From positions 1 to 58,855 of the forward strand of contig CAWKAR010000031.1 of assembly GCA_963847625.1 (NCBI GenBank): a stretch of DNA of 58,855 bases, written 5' to 3'. Positions within the stretch are counted from its first letter, which is position 1, and each line of letters starts with the position of its first letter. This document shows, in pieces, positions 27,576-38,033 of the stretch. The translations under genes and the position numbers were made by a program. Source of the DNA: a candidate division FCPU426 bacterium (GTDB lineage: Bacteria > Oederibacteriota > Muellerivitia > Muellerivitales > Muellerivitaceae). Below the pieces are notes generated by a model. That model was not told the DNA's origin, searched no databases, and saw only the letters and a program-made list of their open reading frames with translations.

Positions 27576-28616
27576 ATGCGGGTGAGGTTTTGGATGACTA
27601 AAAGGGACCATACCGACAATTTAACTCCGAAAGCCGATCCATCCTCCTTTTCCGGCTTCTTCCCCTCCGAATGGCTGGCGGTTTTCATCCTGGCGTGGTT
27701 ATCCATTGTCGCCCTGGCTGTTTATCCCACCAGCCAAGCCGGAACGACCAAAACCCTCCTGATATCCCTGGCGCACCTTTCCATCTGGTTTGTTTGGCTG
27801 GCCCTGGCCCTGTCCCGCTGGGGAAGGAATCCTATTATCCGTTTCTTCCGGAGTTTCGGGCCATGGTTGGCCGTGGCCCTTTGTTACGGTCTCATGCGGT
27901 ACCTGGTCCCCCTGGTTCATTCCGCCCATTTTGACGCGGCATTCCGGGATTGCGAGCAATGGCTCTGGGGGTCGGACGCGTCCCGTCTATGCGAGAATAT
28001 GGTAAGTCCCTCCTGGACGGGTTTTTTCTGCCTTTTATACCTGGGAGTTTTTCCCTGGCTCGCCTTGTTCTTCCTTTACTACCGATTCCGCCATTCCGAG
28101 CTGTTCGAGCGGGTGATGATTGGGCTCCTGTTGATTTACGTGGGGGGATTCCTCGGGTATATGGCTTTTCCCGCCGAGGGGCCCCGCTACGCCTTTCCCG
28201 AGGAATGGAACTGGCTGGGAACGGGCTGGATTCCCTCACTGACCAACGAGGTCGTGGGCCATATGGGCTCCCACCTGGACGTCTTCCCCAGCCTGCACGC
28301 GGCTTTCGTGGTTTATCTTCTTCTCTGGCAGGCCGAGTGCCATAAGAAGAGCCTGATTTGGGCCGCCCCCCTGGCGTTGGGTGTCTGGGTTTCCACGATC
28401 TACCTGGGATTCCATTATTTCCCCGATTTCATTGGAGGTTGGGCGCTGGGAGTCCTGGCCTTCATCGCCGCCCCTTGGCTTGAGGGAAAACTGGAAAGCA
28501 TGAATCCCCTGGTCTTCGATTCGTTGAGGGAAGCCTATAAAAAACGTGCGGGAGAAGTCCCTGCCGAATCCATGGGGAACACCAGCCTCGATCGGCCTTT
28601 GGATGCGGAAAGTTAA
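27576..28616 (+). CDS. PAP2-superfamily membrane protein (Aur1/IPC-synthase-like)
   Basis: GYMAFPAEGPRY, DVFPSLHAA, STIYLGFHYFPD; multiple TMs. Start uncertain. Confidence 0.85.
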   Translation: MRVRFWMTKRDHTDNLTPKADPSSFSGFFPSEWLAVFILAWLSIVALAVYPTSQAGTTKTLLISLAHLSIWFVWLALALSRWGRNPIIRFFRSFGPWLAVALCYGLMRYLVPLVHSAHFDAAFRDCEQWLWGSDASRLCENMVSPSWTGFFCLLYLGVFPWLALFFLYYRFRHSELFERVMIGLLLIYVGGFLGYMAFPAEGPRYAFPEEWNWLGTGWIPSLTNEVVGHMGSHLDVFPSLHAAFVVYLLLWQAECHKKSLIWAAPLALGVWVSTIYLGFHYFPDFIGGWALGVLAFIAAPWLEGKLESMNPLVFDSLREAYKKRAGEVPAESMGNTSLDRPLDAES

Positions 28617-28710
28617 ATTTTTTAGATCGTTCCGGCTTCTTTTATAAACTAACGAAACGTGATTTGACCCAACTTGCCCTAAATCCGAATCATCTCCTCA
28701 CAACTAATCT

Positions 28711-30951
28711 TCAATCCAGTGGCTTATCCGGCGGCAGGCCCTTCTGCGCCTGGCGGTATTCCGCAAGGGGGATCACGACGATATTCAGGAATTTCTCGTT
28801 CAAAAGATTCCGGGTCTGCGTCCAAACCGCGTGCGGGTACCATTTCATCACCTTCTCCGGCAACCAGGGTCTCTCGTTCAGGCTGATCAGGACTACATCC
28901 TTGGTGGCCGGGTTCCGCAGGGGGAAGGCCTGCTCGTTGGGGAATTCGTTGTACTTCATTTCCATTCCATAAAGGCTCAGGAACTTCAGCACCGGGGAAC
29001 TGGCATCGTTCGGGATTACCACGTGATACCGGGGATAATAACTTTTCACGGTCGTGGAGATGTCCAGGTGTTTTCCCCAGACCTCCCAGGTTAACCAGCA
29101 ATGGGGAAAACTGTAACAGCAGATGACGGCGTTGAAGCAAATCGAACCCGCCAGGCCCAAGGCCAAGACCATGTTCCTCAGTCGGCCCAGCCAAGGGTGC
29201 AATCGCGCGAAAACCTCTTCCGCGGCCGACAGGCCCCGGGCCACCGCCAGGAAGGCGAAGGGCAGGCAAAGGAAAGGCCGGACCGATATGATGAAACTGG
29301 ACGTCGGCACCTTATCTGAACAGGCGTAGGCGTTGGCCATCAAGCTGAAAAACAGCCCTGAGACCCAATACCAATTGAAGCGGGTCCGCCAACCCCCGGC
29401 GAAGATCACCGTGGACCCGAGAAGGAATAGCACCCCCGCAAAAGGGTCCAGGTGGGGGTTGTGGGGCAGGTTGAAGCCGTCTTCATTGTTGTAGTTGGGC
29501 CAGAAGAGGTCGAGGAAGGTATTGCCGAGCCGGGCTAAGACGAGGAGAACTCGGCCCGCCTTCCCCGGGCCGTCCATGATGTTCAGTTCCTGCAAGTGGC
29601 CGAAGAACATGTGGGGTTCCAAGTAGGCGTGGCGCAGGAAGGGTCCCGCCATCCACAGGAAGCCCAGCAGAACCAGGGCCGCCGTCCAAAATTTTTCCTT
29701 GAAACGGTCCTTCCCCGCGGTGAACAGCATCCATCCCACCAGGGCCCCTCCCAACATGGGCGGTACCATCCGCCCGGGGAAATAGGACATGAAGCACATG
29801 GCGCTGAAGATCCCCGCCCAGATGAACCGGCCCGGCCGGCCCTCCCGGAAACCTTTCTCCAAGAAATAAAAGGCGCACAGCTCGAAAAACACGATGTAAG
29901 TGTCTGGATTGACTTCGAAGCTAAAAAACAAGTGCCACCAACTGATGGCGAAAAGAAAGGCCGTGACCAAGGAGACGGCCTGGCTGAAGAATAAGCGGCA
30001 AAGCCGGTAAAGGACGTAGACCGAAAGCACGGCGAACAGCGAGAGCATGAACCGGCCGGTAGCCAATCCGGTCCCGAAAGCCTTAAAAACCGCCGCCGTA
30101 AAGTATTCCTCCAGGATGCACCAGTAATTAAACATGATGGTGTAGGGGGAATGGATGGTCCCCTTTAAAATATCGGCCGCGATGAAGAGCTCGGCCGAAT
30201 CATCGTGACTGAATCCCAGGAAGTTCCTTTTTAGGAAGGGAAAGCGGATCAGGGCGCTGAGGATCAGGACCAGGCCCAGCAGGATCTTCTCCCTCGGGCC
30301 GGATTCCAGGGAGGGTGGGTGGGGTTTCTTCCCCCGCGAAATCAGGTAAATCCACAACCCCAGCGCCGCGGCCCAGACCAAAAGGGCGGTCATAAGATGA
30401 TTAAGCCAAAAAAGAACGAATGACAAAACGATCAGTCCCAAGAAAAAGATGGCTTCCCACCCCCAAGAACCGACCCATCTGATCATTAAATAAAGCCGGC
30501 CGGGCCACGCGGGCCCTTTTTTTTTCAGAGTTGCGGGTGTTTTGGCGCGGCCCGCTTTTCTGTGGGCCCTGTTGGAATCCGGAACGGGAAGGGCGGCCTG
30601 GGCTGGGACTGGCGGTTTTTCCCCGGACCCATTTTCTGGCAGGGGCGCCATGGGAGAAACGGCTTTGAAGAGCAGGCCCAGGGAAAGGGCCTGGAGAATG
30701 CCCCCCCAAAGCCAATCGGGCTCGTAAACGAAATAGCTCGTGCCGTACCATCCGCAAACAATGGAGACGGCCAGGAAAAACCAATTGATCATGGGCCGGG
30801 CGGCGGGGTCCGGGGGTGGAGGGGCCGGACTGGACGTGTTTGAAAAGCGGAAGGCCAACCAGACGCAAAGCGCCGTGGGAAGAAGCAGCAGCTTGTCGAA
30901 GAAGAAATAGGCCGCCAAGCCCCCAAAAAGAAGCCTGAAGAAAAGAACCAA
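28711..30951 (-). CDS. GT-C fold glycosyltransferase (ArnT/PMT-like), paralogue A
   Basis: Multi-TM; LIRF..L..GFSHDDS loop, FGTGLATGR, AISWWHLFFS, SYFPGR; TTG start with GGGGG SD. Confidence 0.8.
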   Translation of the reverse strand: MVLFFRLLFGGLAAYFFFDKLLLLPTALCVWLAFRFSNTSSPAPPPPDPAARPMINWFFLAVSIVCGWYGTSYFVYEPDWLWGGILQALSLGLLFKAVSPMAPLPENGSGEKPPVPAQAALPVPDSNRAHRKAGRAKTPATLKKKGPAWPGRLYLMIRWVGSWGWEAIFFLGLIVLSFVLFWLNHLMTALLVWAAALGLWIYLISRGKKPHPPSLESGPREKILLGLVLILSALIRFPFLKRNFLGFSHDDSAELFIAADILKGTIHSPYTIMFNYWCILEEYFTAAVFKAFGTGLATGRFMLSLFAVLSVYVLYRLCRLFFSQAVSLVTAFLFAISWWHLFFSFEVNPDTYIVFFELCAFYFLEKGFREGRPGRFIWAGIFSAMCFMSYFPGRMVPPMLGGALVGWMLFTAGKDRFKEKFWTAALVLLGFLWMAGPFLRHAYLEPHMFFGHLQELNIMDGPGKAGRVLLVLARLGNTFLDLFWPNYNNEDGFNLPHNPHLDPFAGVLFLLGSTVIFAGGWRTRFNWYWVSGLFFSLMANAYACSDKVPTSSFIISVRPFLCLPFAFLAVARGLSAAEEVFARLHPWLGRLRNMVLALGLAGSICFNAVICCYSFPHCWLTWEVWGKHLDISTTVKSYYPRYHVVIPNDASSPVLKFLSLYGMEMKYNEFPNEQAFPLRNPATKDVVLISLNERPWLPEKVMKWYPHAVWTQTRNLLNEKFLNIVVIPLAEYRQAQKGLPPDKPLD

Positions 30952-31093
30952 AGTTCCCCCATCCCGTGGTCCGGTGTTATGGAATAACCGGCGGATAAAG
31001 AAAAGCCCAAAGCATTTTAAGGGAAAATCTAAGAAAATGAAGGCCCGGATGGGTCAAGCGCGGGGGGCTGAAACAATCCGCTCGGGGATACCC

Positions 31094-33340
31094 TCAATCC
31101 AACGGCTTATCCGGCGGCAGGCCCTTTTGCGCCTCCCGGTATTCCGCCAGCGGGATCACGAAGATGTTCAATAATTTCTCGTTCCAAAGGTCCCGAGTCT
31201 GAGTCCAAACCGCGTGCGGGTAGCGTTTCATCACGTCCTCCCTCCTCCAGGGACTTCCGTCTTGATTGATGAGGGCCACGTCCCGGGTGGCCGGGTTCCG
31301 CAGAGGGAAGGTCTGCTGGTCGGGCAGCACGTTGACTTTCATTTCCAACCCGTAAAGGCTCAGGAAGCTCATCACCGGGGAACTGGTGCCGCTCGGAATT
31401 ACCACATGGCACCGGGGATAATAGCTTTTCACGGTTTTGGTGATGTCCAGGTGTCTTCCCCAAACGCTCCAGGTTAACCGGCAATGGGGGAAACTGTAAC
31501 AGCAGATGACGACGTTGAAGCAAATCGAACCCGTCAGGCCTAAGGCCAGGACCCTGTTCCTCAGGCGCCCCAGCCGGGGGCGCAATCGCGCGAAAATCTC
31601 CGCCGCGGCCGCCAGACCCCGGGCCACCGCCAGAAAGGCGAAAGGCAGGCAGAGAAAATGCCGGATCGATAATAGGTAATTAGACGTTGGATCCCTATCT
31701 GAGCAGGCGTAAGCGTTGGCCATCAGGCTGAAAAACAGCCCCGAAATCCAGTACCAATTGAAGCGGGTCCGCCACCCCCCGGTAAAGATCACTGTGGACC
31801 CGAGAAGGAAAAGCAACCCCGCGAAGGGGTCCAGGTGGGGGTTGTGGGGCAGGTTGAAACCGTCGAGGCCTTCGTAATTGGGCCAGAAGAGGGCTAGGAA
31901 GGTATAGCCGAGCCGGGCGAAGACAAGGAGCGCACGCCCCGTCTTCCCCGGGCCGTTCATGATGTTCAATTCCTGCAAGTGGGCGAAGAACATGTTGGGA
32001 TCCAGGTAGACCAGGCGCAGGAAAGGCCCCGCCATCCACAAGAAGCCCAGCAGAACCAGGGCCGCCGTCCAAAAATTGTCCTTGAGGCGGTCTTTCCCCG
32101 CGGTGAATAGCACGCATCCCGCCAGGGCCCCTGCCAACATGAGCGGCACCAACCGCCCGGGGTAATAGGACATGAAGCTCACGGCGCTGAACACCCCCGC
32201 CCAGATGAACCGGCTCGGTCGCCCCTCCCGGTAGCCTTTCTCCAGGAAATAAAAGGCGCACAGCTCGAAAAAAACAAGAAAGGTGTTCAGCCAAATGGCA
32301 AAGCTAAAAAACAGGTGCCACCAACTGATGGAGAAAAGGAAGACCGTGATTAGGGAGACCGCCTGGCTGAAAAACAACCGGCAAAGCCGGAAAAAGACAT
32401 AGACCGAAAGCACGGCAAACAACGAGGGCATGATCCGGCCTGTATCCAATCCGACTCCGAAAACCTTGAAAGCCGCCGCCGTGAAGTAATGGCCCAAAGC
32501 GCACCAGGGGCCCCAGACAAGATTATAGGGAGATAGGACTTCCCCCTTTAAAACGCTGACCGCGACGAAGAGCTCGGCCGACTCGTCATGGTTGAGTCCC
32601 AGGAAGTTCCAGTGCAGGAAGGGGAATCGGATCAAGGCGCTGAAGATCAGGACCAGGCCCAGCAGGAGCTTTTCCCCCGGGCCGGTTTCTAAGGAAGGTG
32701 GGTGGGGTTTCTTCTCCCGCGAATTCAGGTAAATCCACGCCCCCAGCGCCGCGGTCCAAACCAAAAGGGCAATCACGAGAAGGTTGAGCCAAAAAAGAAC
32801 GAACGATAAAACCAGCAATCCCAGGAAAAGGATGCCTTCCCGACCCCAAGAGCTGACCCATCCGATCATTGAATGAAGCTGAATGAGCCATACGGGCTCC
32901 TTTTTTTTCAGAGGTACGGATGTTTTTACGAGTCCTGCTTTCCCGGCGGCCCTGCCGGGCTTCGGGACGGAAAGGACAGTTCGTCCCGGGGCTGGCAACC
33001 TATTCTTTTTCCCGGAAAGATTTTCCAAGAAGGGCTCCATCGGGGGGACAACCTTGAGGAGCAGGCCCAGGGAAAGAATCTGGAGAATACCCCCATAAAG
33101 CCAATGGGGTTCGTAAATAAAATAGCTTGTTCCGTACCATCCGCAAACGACGGAGACAGCCAGGAAAAACCAGTTGGCCTTGGACCGGGCGGCGGGGTCC
33201 GGATGCGGAAAGGCTAGGGTAGGCGTTTTTGAAAAGCCGAAAGCCATGCAAGCGCAAAGCGCTGTGGGAAGAAGCAGGAGCTTATCGAAAAAGAAATAGG
33301 CGGCTAAGCCCCCCATCATAAGCCTGAATAAAAAAACCAA
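31094..33340 (-). CDS. GT-C fold glycosyltransferase (ArnT/PMT-like), paralogue B
   Basis: Colinear tandem paralogue; GLNHDES loop; identical C-terminus AQKGLPPDKPLD. Confidence 0.8.
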   Translation of the reverse strand: MVFLFRLMMGGLAAYFFFDKLLLLPTALCACMAFGFSKTPTLAFPHPDPAARSKANWFFLAVSVVCGWYGTSYFIYEPHWLYGGILQILSLGLLLKVVPPMEPFLENLSGKKNRLPAPGRTVLSVPKPGRAAGKAGLVKTSVPLKKKEPVWLIQLHSMIGWVSSWGREGILFLGLLVLSFVLFWLNLLVIALLVWTAALGAWIYLNSREKKPHPPSLETGPGEKLLLGLVLIFSALIRFPFLHWNFLGLNHDESAELFVAVSVLKGEVLSPYNLVWGPWCALGHYFTAAAFKVFGVGLDTGRIMPSLFAVLSVYVFFRLCRLFFSQAVSLITVFLFSISWWHLFFSFAIWLNTFLVFFELCAFYFLEKGYREGRPSRFIWAGVFSAVSFMSYYPGRLVPLMLAGALAGCVLFTAGKDRLKDNFWTAALVLLGFLWMAGPFLRLVYLDPNMFFAHLQELNIMNGPGKTGRALLVFARLGYTFLALFWPNYEGLDGFNLPHNPHLDPFAGLLFLLGSTVIFTGGWRTRFNWYWISGLFFSLMANAYACSDRDPTSNYLLSIRHFLCLPFAFLAVARGLAAAAEIFARLRPRLGRLRNRVLALGLTGSICFNVVICCYSFPHCRLTWSVWGRHLDITKTVKSYYPRCHVVIPSGTSSPVMSFLSLYGLEMKVNVLPDQQTFPLRNPATRDVALINQDGSPWRREDVMKRYPHAVWTQTRDLWNEKLLNIFVIPLAEYREAQKGLPPDKPLD

Positions 33341-33446
33341 AGGTCCTCCATCCCATGGTCCGGTGTCATTGAAAAACCAGCGGAAAAAAATAACTGATAT
33401 ATTTTAAGAAAATCAACGGAAACGGATAGGAATCCTCAAACGGGTT

Positions 33447-35351
33447 TTAATGGTTTCTGTTCCCGTCCCGATCAGGACCCTGCCCCGGGCGGAAAAACGG
33501 CTTACGGGTCCGGCTAGGGTGGCTTTTCCCGGAATAGCCCCCGCCCGGCTTAACCCCGCGCGAGGAACCCCCTTTAAATCCGGGCCGGCGGTTGAAAAAT
33601 CCCTCGGGCTTGCGCTCCCAATTCTCCCGAAAAGGCTGGGTGGGTTGCCGGTCGTCCAATTGGTTTCCCCCGCTCGGAGCGGCGCGAGGGCCCCTGTTGG
33701 GCCCATGGTAGATGAAGTTTTGCCTCTCTTCGCCTTGGCGTTTATCCCCAAACTTCCGGTAATGCTGGTCGGATCGCCGCTGGTGGCGGCCGTCCGGACG
33801 CCGGTCTTTGGTAAAACGGTCCCGTTGCCAGGGCTTGGAGGACGGAATTCCCTGGGTTTCCTGCCGGTCGGGCCGGTCCCGGTTCCCGTCTGGACTCGGG
33901 CGGTTGCCGTTGAAATTCCCCGTTCGGGCCGGATCGAATGTCCTTTTCAGCTTAAAGCGATCCCAGGGCTTGCTTGGATTCCCGCTTCGTGAGTCTTGGA
34001 AACGGCCCGGCCCCCGGTTGTGCCGATGTTCCTCCCGGCGGCGGTTTGGGTCGGAACCTTCCCAACGTCCGGGCCCGGCACTGGACCGGCCCCGGTTTTC
34101 TCCCTGGAACCCGCTAGGCCTTCCCTTTTGCCCATGTCGCCTGGGTTGACCCCGGAATTCCCTCGCGTGCGGAGGCTTGGGCCCCGGCGCGGAACCGGCG
34201 GGGGCGGCCTCATCCGGTAAGGGAGCGGAATCCTTCAGGCGGGACGGCTGGGTTTTAATCGAGTCCCTCGGCACCTTCATCAACTTCAATATCCGGTCCC
34301 AAGGTTCCTTGTCTTCCCCTGTCAAGAAACACAGGGACGAACCCTCCGCGCCGGCCCGGGCGGTGCGTCCCACCCGGTGGATGTAATCCTCCGGGTTGCG
34401 GGGCAGGTCGTAGTTGATCACGTGGGCGATATGGTGGATATCCAGGCCCCGGGCCGCAACGTCGGTGGCCACTAGAATGCGGTACCGGCCCTCCCGGAAA
34501 TGGTCCATGGCCTGCCGCCGCTGGGACTGGCTGCGCCCCCCGTGGACCCGGGTGGCCTTGAAACCTTGCTCCTTGAGGCGCTCCAGGATCCGGTCCACCC
34601 GGCGCTGGGTGCGGGCGAAGACCAGCACCGACCCCTCCCGCGCGCCCAGCTCGGCGGCGAGTTCCTGGCCTTTCCCCGATTCAGTGGTGTAAAGCACCCT
34701 TTGGGCAATGGTGGACACCGGCTGGGCCGCCGGCCCCACTTCGATCCTGACCGGGTCCTTCAGGTAGTGGGAGGCCATCGACTGGATATCCGGGGGGATG
34801 GTGGCCGAGAAAAGAAGGGTCTGCCGCTCGGGAGGGAGCTTCCTACGGATTTCCTCAAGCTGGGGCGCGAAACCCATGTCCAACATGCGGTCCGCCTCGT
34901 CCAATACGAGAATCCCGACCCGGGCCAGGGAGAGGGTGCCCCGCTTCAGGTGGTCGATGATGCGCCCGGGAGTGCCGATGAAAAGCCGGGGCTTTCGGGA
35001 AAGCGCGGAGAGCTGGGGGCCCATCGGATCGCCGCCGATCAGGAGGGCCGAACGTCCTGCGGGGTTATCGCCGGAAAGATTCCGGAGGACACCCGCTACC
35101 TGGATGGCCAATTCCCGGGTGGGGGTCAGAACGAGGGCGCAACGGTCCGGCTGGGCATCCAGGTAGGCCAACAGGGGGATGCCGAAAGCCGCAGTCTTGC
35201 CGGTTCCCGTCTGGGCGGAAGCCACTACGTCCTTGCCTAGGAGAGCGGCAGGAACGGCCTGGGCCTGGACCGGCATGGGCTTGATGAATTTCATTCTCTG
35301 GAGGGACAGGGATAAAAAGGCGGGCAGGTTTAATTCTTGGAAGCTTTCCAT
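33447..35351 (-). CDS. DEAD-box RNA helicase with long low-complexity C-terminal tail
   Basis: Q motif, AQTGTGKT, PTRELA, DEAD, SAT, ARGLD, HRVGRTAR. Confidence 0.95.
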   Translation of the reverse strand: MESFQELNLPAFLSLSLQRMKFIKPMPVQAQAVPAALLGKDVVASAQTGTGKTAAFGIPLLAYLDAQPDRCALVLTPTRELAIQVAGVLRNLSGDNPAGRSALLIGGDPMGPQLSALSRKPRLFIGTPGRIIDHLKRGTLSLARVGILVLDEADRMLDMGFAPQLEEIRRKLPPERQTLLFSATIPPDIQSMASHYLKDPVRIEVGPAAQPVSTIAQRVLYTTESGKGQELAAELGAREGSVLVFARTQRRVDRILERLKEQGFKATRVHGGRSQSQRRQAMDHFREGRYRILVATDVAARGLDIHHIAHVINYDLPRNPEDYIHRVGRTARAGAEGSSLCFLTGEDKEPWDRILKLMKVPRDSIKTQPSRLKDSAPLPDEAAPAGSAPGPKPPHAREFRGQPRRHGQKGRPSGFQGENRGRSSAGPGRWEGSDPNRRREEHRHNRGPGRFQDSRSGNPSKPWDRFKLKRTFDPARTGNFNGNRPSPDGNRDRPDRQETQGIPSSKPWQRDRFTKDRRPDGRHQRRSDQHYRKFGDKRQGEERQNFIYHGPNRGPRAAPSGGNQLDDRQPTQPFRENWERKPEGFFNRRPGFKGGSSRGVKPGGGYSGKSHPSRTRKPFFRPGQGPDRDGNRNH

Positions 35352-35485
35352 GGTTTCCTTTTCCGGCTTATTTTCAGGGAGGATGGGAGGTTGAGTTGGG
35401 CATCAGTTTCCCTTAAACCTGGTTTTTTTTCCATCCCTTTCCAGTATTAATAAGGGAAGTTGTTTTTCCTTCTTAATTCCCCACC

Positions 35486-36727
35486 TCACCGGACCAGGAG
35501 AATCCGCCTCATTTGCGTTTGGAAGGGCTCTGCCAGGTAGAGGATATAGACCCCGCTGGCGCAGGGAGCGCCTGAGGAATTCGTCCCGTCCCAAACGTAG
35601 GAACGGGCAATCGAACCGGACAGGTACTGTTCGTCCAATGTTTTCACCCTCTCCCCCGCCGAGTTGTAGATCCAAAAGCCGTAATTCCCCGGGTAACTCG
35701 GGTACGCCACGAAGAAGGAAACCGCCCCTTGGGCCGGGTTGAACAGGTTCTTGGAAACGGTAAAGGATATGAGCGGGGTGGGAGTAGGCGTGCAGGTATA
35801 TCCGGGCCAGCCGCAGGGAGTCGCGGTGTTCGTGGGCGTGAAGGTGGAAGTGGGGCTGAAAGTCGGCGTGGGAGTACCGGTTTGGGTGGGGGTATTCGTA
35901 ATCGTGGACGAGTTGGTCCAGGTGGGACTAAAGGTGGGGGTCCGCGACAGGGTTGGGGTCATGGTCGGCGTGGGGGTCTTGGTGATGGTGGGCGTTCGGG
36001 TGGGAGTAAGGGTTTTGGTAAGGGTCGGGGTGGCGGTAGGCGTAGGAGTGTACGTTGAAGTGAGGGTAGGGGTAAAAGTGTCCGTTGGAAGCGGTGTGGG
36101 GAGGGTCATCACCTGCCGCCAGTAAAGGATGCCGCAATACCCAACCGTGGCCGCGGCACTGTAGGAAATTGGGGTGATCGTTACGCCCGTGGAAGGGTCG
36201 GTGATGAGATTGCCGTAAGTGGTCCCGGTGACCGCCGCCCCGGTCTGGGTGAAATACCCCGAGGGCGGGTTGTAACCCACCGAGGTCCAGTCGTTTCCGG
36301 AACCGTCCGTGGGAGGAGGGGAATTTCCCACGCATGTCGCGCCGCCGTTAGGGTCCCAATAAAGCGAAAGGCCCGGCGCCGAGGGATTCTCGCTCGTGAT
36401 CACCGCGATTCCCCCGCCCAGGCAGGAAAATTCCAAGGCCCAGGAACTGAAAACCTGGACTGGGTTGTCGTTGATGGTTTCCACAGCTACCGTCAAACCC
36501 GGTCCGACGAGGGTGGGACTGGGAAGGGTAAACGGCCCCGGGGGAGTACAACCCGACCCGCAAAAGGTGACCGAACCCACGTAAACGCCGTTCACCCAAA
36601 CCAGGGTCGTGTCGTCTCCGGAGAGCCAAATCCGGCCTGAAACCGGGAGGCACTGCGCCTCGGCCCGCCGTATTTCGAGGGGACTCAGAAGCAGGATGAG
36701 AAGGAGAAATGGAGTGGAAAGTTTCAA
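35486..36727 (-). CDS. Secreted protein with long Thr/Pro linker and C-terminal FlgD-Ig/T9SS-CTD-like domain
   Basis: Signal peptide ending AEA; ~100-aa TPT repeat; [30 protein letters not shown]. Confidence 0.75.
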   Translation of the reverse strand: MKLSTPFLLLILLLSPLEIRRAEAQCLPVSGRIWLSGDDTTLVWVNGVYVGSVTFCGSGCTPPGPFTLPSPTLVGPGLTVAVETINDNPVQVFSSWALEFSCLGGGIAVITSENPSAPGLSLYWDPNGGATCVGNSPPPTDGSGNDWTSVGYNPPSGYFTQTGAAVTGTTYGNLITDPSTGVTITPISYSAAATVGYCGILYWRQVMTLPTPLPTDTFTPTLTSTYTPTPTATPTLTKTLTPTRTPTITKTPTPTMTPTLSRTPTFSPTWTNSSTITNTPTQTGTPTPTFSPTSTFTPTNTATPCGWPGYTCTPTPTPLISFTVSKNLFNPAQGAVSFFVAYPSYPGNYGFWIYNSAGERVKTLDEQYLSGSIARSYVWDGTNSSGAPCASGVYILYLAEPFQTQMRRILLVR

Positions 36728-36782
36728 CGGTTATTCCGTGCTTGTGGATTGAATGAAGAATTCTATCTCTTATTTTAGGGTT

Positions 36783-37301
36783 TTAGGTAGTCCTTAAAGA
36801 CCAAACGTATTTCAAGGGTTTGAATAACTTCCCCCCGATTTCAACTTCACCGTCATAGGGCTCCAAGACACCACTTGTTGATTCGTAAAATCTTCGATAG
36901 GGGTTTTCAGTGAGGACATAGACGATCATTTTCCGGAACCCCATGGCCAACAAGTTCTCGGTACAGGCGGTAAACAACTGCCGCCCGATCCCTTTACTTT
37001 GGAAGTCCTTTAACAGGTAAATGGCGTAAAGTTCGCCCGTGTCAGGTTCTGGATTTTTTCGTTGCACGCCTCCAACGACAAACCCAACGACCTCTTTGCC
37101 CACTTCCGCCACGTAAAAAAAGCGGCTCTTGGAGCTGTCGACTATGTCGGCTTCGAATCTTTTGGCGCTGGATAAAGGGTTCATCCCCTTCAAATAGGCG
37201 TCTGAAACGATCCCCTGGTAGGTGGTCCTCCAGCTTTCCACGATGACTTTCCCCAATTGGGGGGCATCCGATAAAACGGCTTTTCGAATAAGCATCGTCA
37301 T
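36783..37301 (-). CDS. GNAT family N-acetyltransferase
   Basis: IRKA..SDA, ELYAIYLLKDFQSKGIGRQL, NPYRRFYE. Start 37301 or 37295. Confidence 0.88.
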   Translation of the reverse strand: MTMLIRKAVLSDAPQLGKVIVESWRTTYQGIVSDAYLKGMNPLSSAKRFEADIVDSSKSRFFYVAEVGKEVVGFVVGGVQRKNPEPDTGELYAIYLLKDFQSKGIGRQLFTACTENLLAMGFRKMIVYVLTENPYRRFYESTSGVLEPYDGEVEIGGKLFKPLKYVWSLRTT

Positions 37302-37406
37302 TTCCCACCGCGAAGAATTGATGATCAACTTTCAAATACACCCAGCCGTTGTGCCTACCACCATGGTTTTAAAAGCGTAGAACAACTTCGGGAAAGCTGC
37401 CCTCGC

Positions 37407-38033
37407 TTATCCCAGGGTTTTCAGGATCGCCGCGGATTCCTCCACGATGAACATCTTCGACATGTTCAAAAGAGACCGCTCGTGCGCGTCCTTGTCCGCG
37501 GACGACACGCAGTCCGATACCACGACCGGGTAGAAACCCCGCGCGGCCGCGTCGCGGGCCGAGGCTTCCACCCCCATCTCCGTGGCGATGCCCGTGAAGA
37601 GAAGGGTCGTGACGCCGCGATTTCGCATCAGGTTCTCGAAGTTCGTCCCCAGGAAGATGTTGGCGGTAGGCTTCTCCAAGGTCAGGTCGCCCGGCCGGGG
37701 GGCGACGGAAGAGGGCACTTCGCGTTCTTTCGAACCCGGCGCCATGAAGACCGGCAGTTTGGAAGGATCATCCACACGGTACCGCTTCATCATGGAGTAG
37801 AGGGCCCAGGAGGATTGGAATCCCGGAGGCGGGGGCGTGATCAAAGTATAAAGAGCCGGCATTTTTCCCCTGAGGGTTTCCACCAGCTTTTTCAAGCGTT
37901 CCATGAAACTTTCCTTGTTGAAGATCCGGTCCACCAGGCCGTTTTGCACGTCCCAGACCACCAGGCAGGAATGGCCCGGGTGGACGATCTCCCCCAGGTT
38001 TTCATAGATTTCGACTCCGTTGAAATTTTTCAT
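37407..38033 (-). CDS. Isochorismatase-family cysteine hydrolase fold protein
   Basis: LVVWDVQN, EKPTANIFLGT, TGIATEMGVEASARDA, VVSDCVS. Confidence 0.85.
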   Translation of the reverse strand: MKNFNGVEIYENLGEIVHPGHSCLVVWDVQNGLVDRIFNKESFMERLKKLVETLRGKMPALYTLITPPPPGFQSSWALYSMMKRYRVDDPSKLPVFMAPGSKEREVPSSVAPRPGDLTLEKPTANIFLGTNFENLMRNRGVTTLLFTGIATEMGVEASARDAAARGFYPVVVSDCVSSADKDAHERSLLNMSKMFIVEESAAILKTLG

